In this document: one piece after another, positions 1 through 12,699 of the stretch
Layout: every line of letters starts with the position of its first letter
Numbering within the stretch: position 1 is the first letter of the stretch
DNA from: Cenococcum geophilum
Lineage: Eukaryota
NCBI GenBank assembly: GCA_050273025.1
Contig: CP158635.1
Span: 16,492,001-16,556,000 of the forward strand
Reading direction: 5' to 3'
DNA: 64,000 nt
Translations under genes and position numbers: made by a program
Notes under the pieces: model-generated
Told to the model about the DNA's origin: nothing
The model's input: only the letters and a program-made list of their open reading frames with translations
Database searches by the model: none

Positions 1-1622
1 CTCCACCAACCTCATTGACGATCCTCCGGCTCACTTTCTTCAGGAACTGCCCGTCAAATGGATACCAGTCTGCCGTCATGAAATCGCTGGTTTCCACTGC
101 TCTCAGCGCAATGACTTGATCGTGCACCCTCTTATCTCCCATGACGCCAACAGCTTTGACCGGAAGCAGAGCTGCGAATGCCTGACTAATTTTACGGTAG
201 AGCCCAGCAGCCTTGATCTCCTCAATAAAGATGTGATCCGCTTCGCGTGCGATGCGGACTTGTTCAGGGGTAACTTCGCCCAAGATTCGGATGGCGATTC
301 CAGGTCCTAATTACGCTATGAGTTGACTTGGAGTAAGAAGTTTTAGAGAAAGACAAACCAGGGAATGGGTGACGCCAGACCAACTCCTCTGGAATCCCCA
401 GATTCGTGCCGAGCTCGCGGACTTCGTCTTTGAAGAGCTCACGGAGGGGCTCGATGAGTTTGAGGTGCATACCGGCGAGAAGGCCGCCAACATTGTGGTG
501 GGTTTTGATCGTAGCGCTCGGGCCTTTGAAAGATATACTCTCAATCACATCTGGGTAGAGAGTGCCTTGTAATAACCATTCAATCTCGCCAGCCTTCGAT
601 GATCCAGCTGCTTCTGCGGCGATCTTCTTTGCCTCCTCTTGAAAGACTTCAATGAAGGTGTTCCCGATAACCTTACGCTTTTTCTCTGGGTCGTCCTTGA
701 CTCCTTTGAGCAGGCCCAAGAATCGTTCGCTAGCATCCACGACTGTGAGGTTGATGCCCAAGTGCTTAGTCAGGGTTTCTTTGACTTGCTGCGCTTCGTT
801 AAGACGTAGAACTCCATTATCGACCAAGACGGCATGGAAGCGATCGCCAATAGCTTCTTGCATCAATTTCGCGGCGACTGTAGAATCGACACCTCCACTG
901 ACAGCGCCAATGACTTGACCCTTTTCTCCGACCAGAGCTCGGATCCTAGCAATCTCTTGATCGACGAACTTGCCCATAGTCCAGTCCTGTCTTGCCTTGC
1001 AAATATCCACGGCAAAGTTCCTGAGCAACTGTGTCCCACGAGGAGTATGAGTGACTTCCGGATGGAATTGAATGCCGTAATACGGCTTGTCTTCATGTGC
1101 CATGCCCGCAAATGGAGCATTTGAAGTTGTTGCGATCGTGACAAAAGATGGAGGCAGATTCGACAGTTTATCTCCGTGTGACATCCATACTTCCATATCG
1201 TCCTCAAGTCCGTTGAAAAGAGCGTCTACATGGATATCCTTGCCTGAATTTCTCTCAACCTTTAGAAACGCATGTCCATATTCCCGTTTCTCTCCTGCCA
1301 GCACGTTCTTTCCGAAATGCCATGCAATTTCTTGCAAGCCGTAGCAAATCCCTAGGATTGGAACATCAAGATCGAAAACGGCGGGGTCGACATGGGGTGC
1401 ATCGTCCCAGTAAACGGAGTACGGTCCCCCGGATAGAATAATCCCTTTTGGCTTCCAGGTGAGCTCGGAAAGCTTTTGGGTGCAGGGAAGCATCTCAGAG
1501 TAGACATTGAGCTCACGCAGACGTCGAGTGATGAGATGCGAATATTGGGAGCCGAAATCAAGGACGAGAATGGTGTCGAATGTCTTGTGAGGCTCGATCG
1601 TTAGTTCCCCGTTAGCAGCCAT
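1..1622 (-). CDS. GUA1: GMP synthase (glutamine-hydrolysing), 3' end runs off the window
   Basis: Motifs [41 protein letters not shown] and RHPFPGPG. Likely start MAANG at 1622. GT-AG intron 358-307 restores PGPGIAIR. Confidence 0.97.
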
Positions 1623-1851
1623 GTCGAGGATGTCTAGACTGGACTGGGGGCAGTATAAAAAGGGAATATGATGCGAGGAGGGGATGCTCACGATGCTCGG
1701 CTTTGACTCTTCGATTTTTTTTTTGGTGGAGCGAGGGGTATGCATAGGGCTGAAGATTAGAGTAGTGGACCGTGCGCTTATCCACCAGATTTTCATGCCG
1801 AAGCCATTGCAGGAGCCCAGGACTGATCCGTTCTAACTTACATCTTCCAAC

Positions 1852-2845
1852 ATGGTGAAACGGAAGCAGAACAGAGATTCGGAGACGTTAGAAGATGCGC
1901 CTCCGCGTAAGGACAAAAATGGGGAGGATGATAGCAGTGATGAGGTTGGTATTCTCTCCCACAGATGACGGATCGACTTTTGCTAATTCGAAGCATCTTG
2001 TAGGATATGGACATGCTCGATGTTGAATTCGAATGGTTTGATCCGCAGCCGAATGTCGACTTTCACGGCTTGAAGACTCTACTACGGCAGCTCCTTGATA
2101 TCGATGCGCAGTTGTTTGACCTCTCTGCTCTCGCCGACTTGATACTGTCACAACCGCTGCTCGGCTCAACTGTAAAGGTTGATGGGAACGAATCAGACCC
2201 ATATGCCTTTCTGACAGTCCTAAACTTGCATACACATCGTGTAAGTATGGCCAATGCTGGATAGGAGAACACTAGCTGAATTACAAAATCTAGGAGAAAC
2301 AAGTTATCAAAGATCTCACACAATACCTTCTCGAGAAATCCTCCACCAATTCGTCTCTCTCCCAGCTTTCGACTTTCCTTTCTCCCTCATCAGACGCACA
2401 AGTTGGTCTCATTCTCACAGAACGCTTCATAAACATGCCACCCGAAATTGTGCCGCCTATGTACAAAATGCTGCTCGAAGAAATTTCCTGGGCGCTTGAG
2501 GAAAAGGAACCCTATCAGTTTTCTCATTACCTTATTCTTTCCAAAACGTATACTGAGGTTGAGTCAAAGTTAGATCAGGAGGAAAGCCGACCTCAGAAAA
2601 AGAAGAAGAAAGATGCACAAACGGAGACATTCTTTTTCCACCCTGAGGATGAAGTGTTACATAAGCGTGCGTTGGGGAATACAACTTTTGACTACACTAA
2701 ACAGGGTGATAATGGAGCTTCAGACTCCAAACGGGCCTTCCAGGAGTTGGGGGTGCGGCCTCAGGGGCATATGATTCTGATAGAAGGCGGAAGCTTTGAG
2801 GGAGCTGTCAAGGCAATAGGCGAGTATCTAGCCTCCCAATCATAA
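1852..2845 (+). CDS. BCP1: BCP1/BCCIP family protein
   Basis: [26 protein letters not shown] and [15 protein letters not shown] motifs. Introns at about 1945-2003 and 2240-2294. Confidence 0.93.
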
Positions 2846-3105
2846 CGAAGTTGAATGTCTTCCCCTGATATGCGAGGGAATGAGATTCGAAAAATAAGTC
2901 GGAATATGTAGAAAGCATCGGGATCAACGCTCATATGACGTTTCGTGGGCAAGATATTAAAAGGGGGCAATATCGGCGTGGACTTGAGTCTAAGCGAGAT
3001 AAAAACTTCTGTGGCCAACAGATTGGTCTCAATCGCTGGGATTTATCACCTACTATTCACACGCTTTAAGTGGTTATATTTCTATGCAAGCTAACCAGGG
3101 ATGCA

Positions 3106-3257
3106 TATCCCTTCCGACGGTGGAATTCGTCCTACGGTTATCGATAAGAGCTAGTCAATAGAATCAGTAGGAAAGGCTCCGTGACCATACGCGTACTTTT
3201 AATTCTAGTGTTCGCGCACGGTCCAACTCTCGTAGGACACCACCGTTGGAAGGGATA
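3106..3257. mobile_element. MITE-like 152-bp element with terminal inverted repeats
   Basis: TATCCCTTCCGACGGTGG..GTCCTACG (3106-3136) is complementary to CGTAGGACACCACCGTTGGAAGGGATA (3231-3257). TA at both ends. Second internal stem GACCATACGCG/CGCGCACGGTC. Confidence 0.6.
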
Positions 3258-3640
3258 ACTATTCTATTACTTATATAAGTTATAATTACTATATAATCTA
3301 ACTAATTATAATCATAATCAGTCTTTTAACTATAATTACGTGTTTACAATTAATATAATTATAAATAGTAAAAATAGGTAGGAATAGAATATACCAATAA
3401 AGCTCTAGTGTTTAAAAAGCTAGCTTTGATATATTGTTAAGGCGGGAGGCCTCGCGACGGGAGATATAGCCGTTAAAGCTATTAACCTTAAGGAATCTAT
3501 TAATAAAATGATGAGTGGCGACACGGGTAGGAATACGGTAAGTAATAAGGAAGCAAATAAGGCAGTAGTGGATAAGAGAATTAAGTAGTAAGTATAACTC
3601 GTAGAGCTAAGATCAATCTAATCCTAATCAGGAAACTGGT
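3258..3640. repeat. short RIP-degenerated repeat relic, family unidentified
   Basis: Abrupt AT/TpA-rich, CpA-poor patch between normal-composition genes. Confidence 0.45.
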
Positions 3641-4036
3641 GTGTAATTAGTGTAATTAACGTAATCAATTAAAACCAGGTACGGTGATTTTATAATAATC
3701 AAAACCAATGGGCTGAATACGATTACGTTGATTATGTGCATCCCTGAGCTATCTAATTTCAAATCGCTTGAGAACTCACCCATTTTCATTTCTGCGCAGA
3801 CATAAATGAGGCGTCTCGCTTTCTCCTTCCTCATGCACCTTCTTCCAGCTTGCCAAAGAGGACGTGTTTTGAATAGGCTGATCAACACATGCAAGAGCCC
3901 CACAATTGTATTCGATGTTCTCCAATTCTTGTTAAAATAGCGCCGTGGGATTGACTTTTCGTTGAATAAGTGGACCTGTGATCTTCCCAGGACGGTATGT
4001 AGTTACATCCAATAACGTTCTACCTGCTAACTCCAA

Positions 4037-5152
4037 TTGAAGGGCGACGAAGTTACTCCTGCTGAATCTGCTCCAAAGCCGAGCCTCGAGCGTAGAGTGA
4101 ACAGCGAGCCCAAAGTTGCCCCCGAAGCAGCTGTTTGCTTTAGCAGCCCTCCTGTCAACGAAAGATCAATAAATCTCCCGCGCTTTCCTGAACTTGCGGC
4201 TGAACTGGAACTGTGCGTACTCGCAATGGCCGTGGTCTCCCATAAGCCAATTGTGGATTTCAAGCCGGCCCGGAATGGAATCGGTCTGAGTATTCCGCGC
4301 GTCAACAAGTTTATGTACGAGAATGGTAATTTCGCGTTCCTCCCAAAGAACGTCTCCCACAGAACGTCTCCCACTTCACTAATGCACAGGTATTCATGGA
4401 TCGAGTGATTAAAGGTATGCGGCTTCTCTTGGAATATCCTCGTCTCTAAACTTACTGCTCCGAACGAAGAAGTGAGCTTACTCATGTAACAACTAGGCAT
4501 GACGCTATTTCCTAATCCTAAACAGCCTGTTGCAAAGCTAATTTACCATATATCCATAGGCTTTGCTTTAGCGACTGAAGATATAAATTACAAAACATTC
4601 TCTCAGTTCCAATTACCGTGGTACATCGTCGACCTACAAAAATCATACCACGTTCTCCCTTTGTTCTAACCAAATTACACTTTAGCAAATACGTTTGCAT
4701 TGGCTGGTATCTAGCGGCTCTTTTGTGTGCCCCGGCGTTTTGACTCATCAATTCACGGTTTCCTGCCACCGTATGGGGTTATAGACATGAAAACCAAATT
4801 CCCTTGGATAACCGATATTTACGCCACATGCCAAGGATGGAACAGTGGGGAGAGGATGGATTATATCTCGAGTCTTAGGCTGCCTTTCCGTTCCGTAACG
4901 TTGCGTTTGGCGGGAGCCGACATTCTCGACCTTGGTGCTTCCCATTCTACAAATCGTTCCGATGGATGGCAACGGTATTTCGCTCGTAATACTTGGAATG
5001 CAGTGGATATGATGCCGGAGCTGCAGAAAGTAACGCTTGTTGGATTGCCAACTGACGCACTACGACGAAAGTACCGAGACGCAATGCTCAGTGAATCTTT
5101 ACGTGCTAATACGAAGCCCGAGGACAAGACTGATAGGAAGGAAGAGAAGTAG
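4037..5152 (+). pseudogene. hypothetical protein with F-box/2EXR-like motif, frameshifted
   Basis: FPELAAELELCVL motif. A 14-bp tandem duplication at 4347-4374 shifts the frame. Downstream exon ORF 4727-5152. Start not resolved. Confidence 0.4.
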
Positions 5153-5533
5153 AAATTGGAGAGTATAGATGAGGGTCGAAAGCTCTTGGGAGGCAAAGTT
5201 GATATCAAAGACGGCGGTGTTCAGACTAACGAATGAGCCCACGAGAGTCCTGACGACAGGTGAGGTAACTCCTAGAGAACAGAATGAGTTGAGGTGAAGA
5301 CATGCGAGTGGACTACTGTGGAACAAGTGTCGAGAAGCTGGAAAATGTAAATTTAGCACTTCTCGAACAAATCACCCGGACTCTATACTACCAGTAGCTA
5401 GCAATCAATCAATGGGCCACAACGCTACAAGCACAGTTCGACAAACTTATTCCGTTGCCTCTAACGCTCCTATCAACACAGCCCAATGCTTCCTCCAATT
5501 ACTATGAAATTTCTACTTTACAGGCGGACAGTT

Positions 5534-6553
5534 TTAACCAATGACGACCTTGTCCTCTTCTGGGAAGTCATACTCTGGCACCTCCAAATTCAGTGGCGCC
5601 GGTCCTTTTCTTACGCGGCCCGAGATATCGTAGTGGGAACCGTGGCAGGGACAGAACCAGCCGCCGAAGTCTCCGGCTTCGCCGATTGGGACGCATCCGA
5701 GGTGAGTGCAGACACCTGAATCAATGCTTGATGAGCTCAAGCTCATATTGTTTGATATTGACTCTAAGGGAACTGAGGGGTGAGCATACCAAGCATAATC
5801 AACCACTCGGGCTTCTTTACACGGTCAGAGTCTGGCTGAGGATCTCGTAGTGATTCCCACTTGGTGTCCCCGGCCTCTTTAATCTCATCGGCAGTACGAT
5901 GGCGGATGAAAACCGGCTTGCCTCGCCACTTGACGATGACCTGGACTAGCTGTGAGCTTTCTACTCCAGGCCGGAAATTTGATGAAATTGTAGGTTCCTT
6001 ACGTTCTTGCCCTCGGGAATGGCAGCAAGGTCAATTTCGACCTTAGCTTGAGCGAGCACGTCGGCGGATGCGGACATATTGACGAGGAAATCTGCAAAAC
6101 TCGTCAATCAGCAATTGTGCCCAAACTAACACACGGTATCTCCAATGCTACCATGCCCTCAATTGCCCTTCCCTACCCTCAATCCGCGCAATTGACTTCA
6201 TATTCAACCGATACATCGCTTGAACCATCCCATAGAGAGTGAAACCCACCTTGCACAGTTGCCTTTGCCCCCAACGCACTCAACGCGCCCATGGTGCCCA
6301 CCATGAAGTATTGAAACACCTTCGGCCCGCTCTCATCCCCAGGCTTGTTCCTGTACTTCGCGAAACTGGGGATCCGTGTCGTCTTCTCCGAGCTGCCCAC
6401 GCCCTTGAAAGGACTATCGAAGGATGATGAAATCGAGACCTCGGAGATGGAGCGGGAGTGGCTGCTCAGCGCGGTGCAGGCGCGCACGGCGGGCAATTGG
6501 TGTGTTGTCCATGTGCGCGCGAGTGCACGGGTTGTGGTTGCAAGTGCTGGCAT
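5534..6553 (-). CDS. RIP1: cytochrome bc1 complex Rieske iron-sulfur protein
   Basis: CTHLGCVP and [13 protein letters not shown] motifs, mitochondrial presequence, [13 protein letters not shown] exon, three introns. Confidence 0.97.
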
Positions 6554-6764
6554 CGCGGATGCGTGAGAGTGGAGAGGCGGTGGAAAGATTGAAGCTTTGG
6601 TGGAGGTGATGTGAGGTTTCTTGTGGGAGAAAACGGGAATGCTGAGGTTAGGTTAGGTGCGACGTGATTGGCCGGGACGTCGGATCACCGCTGATTGACG
6701 ATTTCCGCTGTTAGGCAGCACGGCCAGCTTGCTCTCCGCCAATCTGAAAGCGGCTTAGAAAGAT

Positions 6765-7388
6765 ATGGCTACAGCTACTCATGAACACTCCAGTTCCAGT
6801 GATAACGAAATTGAACAAGAGCTTTCAACCAAGGAACCACCTACTCCAGCAACAGACTCCTCGCATCCTAAAACTCTCATTCTCTCCCACCACGTCGGTG
6901 ATATCTTCTCTGCTCCGCCGTCAACACTACTCATTCATGCGTGCAATACACAAGGAAGCTGGGGCGCTGGGATAGCTCTAGAATTTAAGAAGCGCTATCC
7001 ACGGGCCTATGCCACGTACCGCACCTATTGCCTCACCGAACATTCTCCAACGACAGACCCGGTCCACACGGGTACGGCCCTTCTCATTCCGCCATGCGAG
7101 ACTTCCCCAGATGCACCAGAACACTGGATTGGGTGTCTGTTTACCAGTGCCAGATACGGCAAGGGAAAAGACCGCCCAGAGCAGATCTTGGCAAACACGG
7201 GGCCCGCTATGATGGAGCTGTTGGGGAAGGTGAGAGATGTAAAAGGTGAGCGGGTGGCGGGTGTGCGGATGTGCAAAATTAATTCTGCGCGGTTTGGTGT
7301 TTCATGGGAAAGAACACTCGAAGTTTTAGAGGGTCTAGAAGTTAAAGAAGGCTGGAAAAGTGCTGTGGAGGTCTGGTCAATTGGTTAA
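6765..7388 (+). CDS. macro-domain ADP-ribose 1''-phosphate phosphatase (POA1/OARD1-like)
   Basis: GDIF, HACNTQGSWGAGIA, CLFTS.YG and KINSARFGVSW motifs. Single exon. Confidence 0.88.
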   Translation: MATATHEHSSSSDNEIEQELSTKEPPTPATDSSHPKTLILSHHVGDIFSAPPSTLLIHACNTQGSWGAGIALEFKKRYPRAYATYRTYCLTEHSPTTDPVHTGTALLIPPCETSPDAPEHWIGCLFTSARYGKGKDRPEQILANTGPAMMELLGKVRDVKGERVAGVRMCKINSARFGVSWERTLEVLEGLEVKEGWKSAVEVWSIG

Positions 7389-7818
7389 GCCGGTTTTGGA
7401 GGTCGGCCATTATTCTACTTTCCTCCAATATCTCTCTTGGGCACTGCGAGTTGCTGTGAGGTTCATCCTGGTGTTCGGACTTGGATCTGTAATTCATATT
7501 TAATATACCCCGGCCAGAGTAAAGATGCTGGATATGATTTAGACATGATAACTTGCAATTCTCGGGTTTAAATTTGGTGACTTCTGGGTAGATTCGTCAA
7601 TGTCTAGGAATACATTAGTTCCCAATAGAGAATGTGTAACATGATTAAGCAGGAGGAATGTTATGGTCACAGCCAAACCATTATTGATTTACAATAAACA
7701 GGCGCTTAGGTACGCCAATGTTTCAAAGATAATTTTCCATACACAATTAATGATCTGTTTGGTACACCATAAACTCTTAACACGTAAAAGTAACATTCGT
7801 AAGTCCCCATTCTGTGGC

Positions 7819-8948
7819 TCATGATACCCCAGAGCTCGTGGGATTGTCCCGTACTCCAGCGCCATTAGCGGCTGAGGCATAAGATTGAGCATAACCTTGT
7901 CCCGCATTTCCATTCGTCCTTGGCCCTCGCATCTCCATTTCCAGCCGCATCGCAGCAGGGCCGCCCAACTCTCGACCGCGTCCGGCTTCGTGGGGGTCCA
8001 CTTCCATCTCTTCATAACCTTCTTCCTCATCATCATCGGCTTCGGGTTTGGTATGACTATTACGCTCTGAAGAATGTTCGCCATTCCCGTTTGTTACGCT
8101 TGTATTCGAAGGACCTGCTAGTGTAGTTTGGCCGTTAGCTAGAGTTGAAGTGGATGAGGACGTAGCCGCTTTGGCGGCCTTCTGCTCTTTGTATTTCTTA
8201 TAGGGCATTGTTTTGGGGACGACGTCGGATAGAAATTCGAGGTTATCGATACGAGCAACTGCATTAGCTGTTCATCCCTCAAAGATCAGCATATTATCCG
8301 TTCCAGTGGAAATTTATTGAAAGGAAGTAATATGGGAGAAAGGCTGATGACATACCAACGTCCCGGTACTGTATATTCCGCCGCGGTTTCCGTTCCGTCT
8401 TGACAACTGTGTGGGTTTGTTCGGCAAAGTACTGAATGAACATTTCTGTTGCAAGGGCGATAACGAAGGCAGCGTTATTGGAGCAGGCACCGACGTCCTC
8501 GTCGGCATTGATAATCTTCTTGACGCGGGCCACTGACAGGAGCAGAAGCATTAGCAAGCTACCCCAATACGTTCTGTCTGGGCGGTGGCTGTGCGTCATA
8601 GGGCAGAACATGACTGTGAGACTTGAAGTGAACATGATGGGTGTCTCTTGGAGCACTTCTCCGTTCTGTAATCCAGGGCATTCTCAGATATTATTGTGGC
8701 GATATAGGATGTATACGGGGGCGTATAAAGAGGGTTACTCTCTCCTTGATTTGTTGAGAGCGAGCGAGCGTGAAATTTATGGTTTGCATGGATTTCGAGA
8801 CTTCCATTTGGGCATATTGGGCAGATAGTGTTCCAAATGAATGAGAATATTGTAGTCACACATGAGATAGAATCAATTACTTACACGGGAGTGATACCGC
8901 CCCAACATATTCCTGAGGAGGAGCAATTGGAGTGTTGTTGTAAGGCAT
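7819..8948 (-). CDS. histone-fold protein, DNA polymerase epsilon subunit C / CHRAC (DPB3/DLS1-like)
   Basis: Spliced product MPYNNTP...LPLARVKKIINADEDV...ATEMFIQYF...RRNIQYRDVANAVARIDNLEFLSDVVP. Introns at 8884-8533 and about 8356-8268. Confidence 0.85.
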
Positions 8949-9344
8949 AATAAGTTGTGAAACTATTCGTGATGAATGGTATAATCTTCTCTTCAAGTCC
9001 AGGCTGCGGGGAAAGAGACAATTTATCGATGAGATTCTGGGCTTGCTCCAGTTATGCGGCGTTGTGGTTCTAGTGCCTTTACGATCTGACGCGCTCTTTG
9101 CCGACGGATTTCGAATTGCTCGTATAGTAACGCGTGTGGGGTGGAGGTGTGATGGGACTGTCGGAGGGAGAGTTTTGCGAGACGATACGTGTGGTCTCCC
9201 GTACATAAATCTACGGCATACATTACATTCCTCATCCGCGCATACCATTGATGGCGCAGCGAGCTCCAATGAGCTTGAATAGGGATTCAACTAGCCGCTT
9301 AATGAAATGAGCAGAGCCCTTTTATATTTTATGTACATGATGCA

Positions 9345-12300
9345 ATGAACCGCCGATCGAGCTTCAACTCCGCGTCTCGCCAACCGACGCGCACTGGATC
9401 CTACACTCCATCTATACGATCGCTCACTCGACGAGTCCCCACTCTCTCTAGCGCAGAACAAGGGAATGATGAGGCAACGACAAGCGCGGACCATGCTATA
9501 AATGAGGAGATTGAGGAGATCAAAAGATATGAGGTATGCTGGAGCATTTCGGAACTTGTACTGTTCAAAATACTAACAGGCATCTAGGATTTTACTACGA
9601 TAGGTACTTAAACCCCATATATAGCTTTTAACCCTAATTCAATCCACATATACTAAGCGTCATTTTAGACTGGGTGCAGGATGCTGCGCGAGAACAACTT
9701 CGAAGAAAAGCACGGCGGCAGGAGAAGGCAGGATTCTTCGAACGGGAAGGAGGCATAGGTTGGAGAAGAAAGTTATGGGATTCTTATGATGCTGGACAGG
9801 CATGGATAGTTGTCACCATAGTTGGTATATATTGGAACCCATCTGCAACTCGGACGAAAAGAGAGCTGACCACTGCAAGGTTCGGCTATTGGATTAAATG
9901 CTGCGTTCCTGAACATTGTGACGGAGTGGCTTTCTGATATCAAGCTTGGACATTGTACTACTGCATTTTATTTGAACGAGAATTTTTGCTGCTGGGGTGC
10001 AGAAAACGGTAAGTTATTATATGCTCTTAGCTGGATTCTTCTGACAAGACTAGGGTGTCCTGAATGGAAGCGATGGAGTGGCTTTTGGCTGTGGAATTAT
10101 ATTCTTTATATCCTCTTCGCAGTACGTTCAGAATATTCTTATCCTTATCAGCCAGCTAACATCGACATAGACAATATTCGCATTTACTTCTGCTAGACTG
10201 GTCAAATCATTTGCTCCATACGCCGCCGGATCGGGCATCTCGGAGATTAAATGTATTATTGCAGGTTTTGTCATGAAAGGATTCCTTAGTGCGATGACAT
10301 TACTCATAAAGTCTATCGGTCTACCTCTTGCTATTGCCTCAGGTTTATCAGTAGGCAAAGAAGGCCCCAGTGTTCACTACGCTGTGTGTACTGGAAATGT
10401 CATATCTCGATTTTTCGACAAGTACAGGCGCAATGCTGCTAAGACTCGTGAGATTCTTAGCGCTTCTGCGGCGGCTGGTGTAGCCGTGGCTTTTGGTAGT
10501 CCGATAGGAGGTGTACTATTTTCTCTTGAGGTATAATGGAGTGCTTCCGAGACCAATGTAACGCTAATCCAGACCTCAGGAAATGTCAAACTATTTTCCA
10601 CTCAAGACTATGTGGAGGAGCTACTTTTGTGCACTGGTGGCCACTGCCGTTCTTGCTGTAGGTATTTCTTTCTGTTACATATTTGTATGCTGATGAGGTG
10701 TTGCAGGCAATGAATCCATTCCGAACGGGGCAGCTCGTCATGTTTCAAGTCAAATACGATCGCTCTTGGCACTTCTTTGAGATCTTGTTCTATCTCATCA
10801 TTGGGGTGTTCGGAGGACTTTACGGTGCATTCGTCATTAAGTGGAACCTCCGAGTACAAGCATTTCGCAAAAAATACCTCAAAAGCTATCCAATATTGGA
10901 AGCTACCTTGTTGGCAGTCATCACGGCCATCATTTGTTATCCAAATATGTTCCTGCGCATCGATATGACGGAAAGCATGGAGATTTTGTTTCTGGAATGC
11001 GAAGGCGGGCATGATTATGACGAACTTTGCGAGTAAATATTTTGGTTATCACCTTCCGGCGTAAACACCCTACTAATTCAAAGTAGTCGTAAGAACCGGT
11101 GGCGAATGATCTTTTCACTCGCGATTGCTACGATTATTCGAACTTTGCTAGTAATAATATCGTACGGTTGCAAAGTCCCAGCCGGCATCTTCGTACCATC
11201 TATGGCCATTGGAGCTTCGTTTGGCAGAATGGTTGGCATCTTTGTGCAGCATCTGCATGAGTCATTCCCAAGCTCGGCCTTCTTCGCTGCTTGTCAACCT
11301 GATGTTCCATGCATTACTCCGGGGACGTATGCTTTCCTCGGAGCTGCAGCAGCTCTAAGTGGAATCATGCACATAACGGTATCTGTCGTGGTTATCATGT
11401 TTGAACTGACTGGAGCTCTCACATATATCCTTCCAACTATGGTAAGTTTATCTTTACACGAAGAAAGTTCCATTTCTAATCACCTCCTAGATCGTGGTGG
11501 GTGTGACCAAAGCTGTAAGCGAACGCTTTGGCAAAGGTGGCATTGCGGACCGCGCAATCTGGTTTAACGGCTTTCCCTTCCTGGATAACAAAGAAGAACA
11601 TACCTTTGGTGTTCCAGTCTCGCAAGTCATGACATCTAACGTCGTGATACTCCCCGCCACAGGACTCGAACTACGCAACGTTGAGCGTATCATGGCAGAA
11701 AACAAATACCAAGGCTATCCTATTGTCGAGGACGTAGGCTCAAAAATCCTCTTAGGCTATATTGGCCGTACAGAGTTGCGGTACGCGGTAGATAAAGCGA
11801 AAAGGGAGCAGTTAGCCCCCGCGCACGCGAAATGCTACTTTACGCCATCTCCGTCTAGGCCTCCGACGACTCCTTCGTCATCGATGCCTGCTGTAACCTT
11901 CGATACGATAGCGGCGACGTCAGCGCAAATGCGTCTTGATCTCTCCCGCTTCATTGATTCCACCCCTCTCTCCGTACACCCACGCCTACCTCTCGAGACT
12001 GTCATGGAGTTATTCAAGAAGATGGGCCCACGCGTCATACTTATTGAGTACCGAGGTCGTCTAACAGGGTTAGTGACCGTGAAAGACTGTCTTAAATACC
12101 AATTCAAGGTCGAAGCACAGGAGAATCCAAGAGATGAACATGCATTAGACGAAGGGCAAGAGAGGGTATGGAGCGTTATGAAACGGGTTGCATTTTGGTT
12201 TGATGGTAGGCTGAATGATATAAGAACTAAGTTAAGAATAGATAGACATCAGGGAATTGAGCTGGTAAGCCCTACTAGTCAGGGCAGCTCTTTGGAAAGA

Positions 12301-12375
12301 AGTCGATATAGTTCTGATGACGGGACATCGGTGGAACTGGAGAATAGGGCCGAGCGTGAAAGTGCAGGGGGCTAG
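9345..12375 (+). CDS. GEF1: CLC chloride channel with C-terminal CBS domains
   Basis: CLC signatures GSGISE, GKEGP and GIFVP, plus YEDFTTIDW and a CBS pair. Multi-intron gene. Start codon uncertain. Confidence 0.93.
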
Positions 12376-12699
12376 GCTAGGCGTTCAGAATTGGACCGAT
12401 GGCTTTGTATTAGTAACACAACGACGGCAAGCTTAAGGCTTATCGCCATTCTAATGGATCACAACAATTAACCTTCTGTCCTGTCAGAGGGTCTATTTGA
12501 ACTGCGTTGTCTATCAATGAATTCTTAATTGCAGAGGAATGGTAGGCTCGGCATGTGTCTGACTCTGCTCTAATAGGACTCTTTCATATCTGTTCGGATT
12601 TTCTTTCGCCTGCCAGTAAGCTAGTGCTATCCCATGATTCGTTCAAAACGGCATGCATACACGAGGGGCTATTCATTTGCTCTTTGTTACGCGATGTAG

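Noticed and set aside
1623..1796. N-terminal extension of the 510-aa GUA1 ORF
   Set aside because: Non-conserved, low-complexity sequence in the intergenic promoter region. MAANG at 1622 fits homologues better.
3181..3200. GACCATAC resembling the 5' end of fungal 5S rRNA (a known Starship target)
   Set aside because: The rest of 5S is absent. The motif is better explained as a RIP-mutated arm of an internal hairpin.
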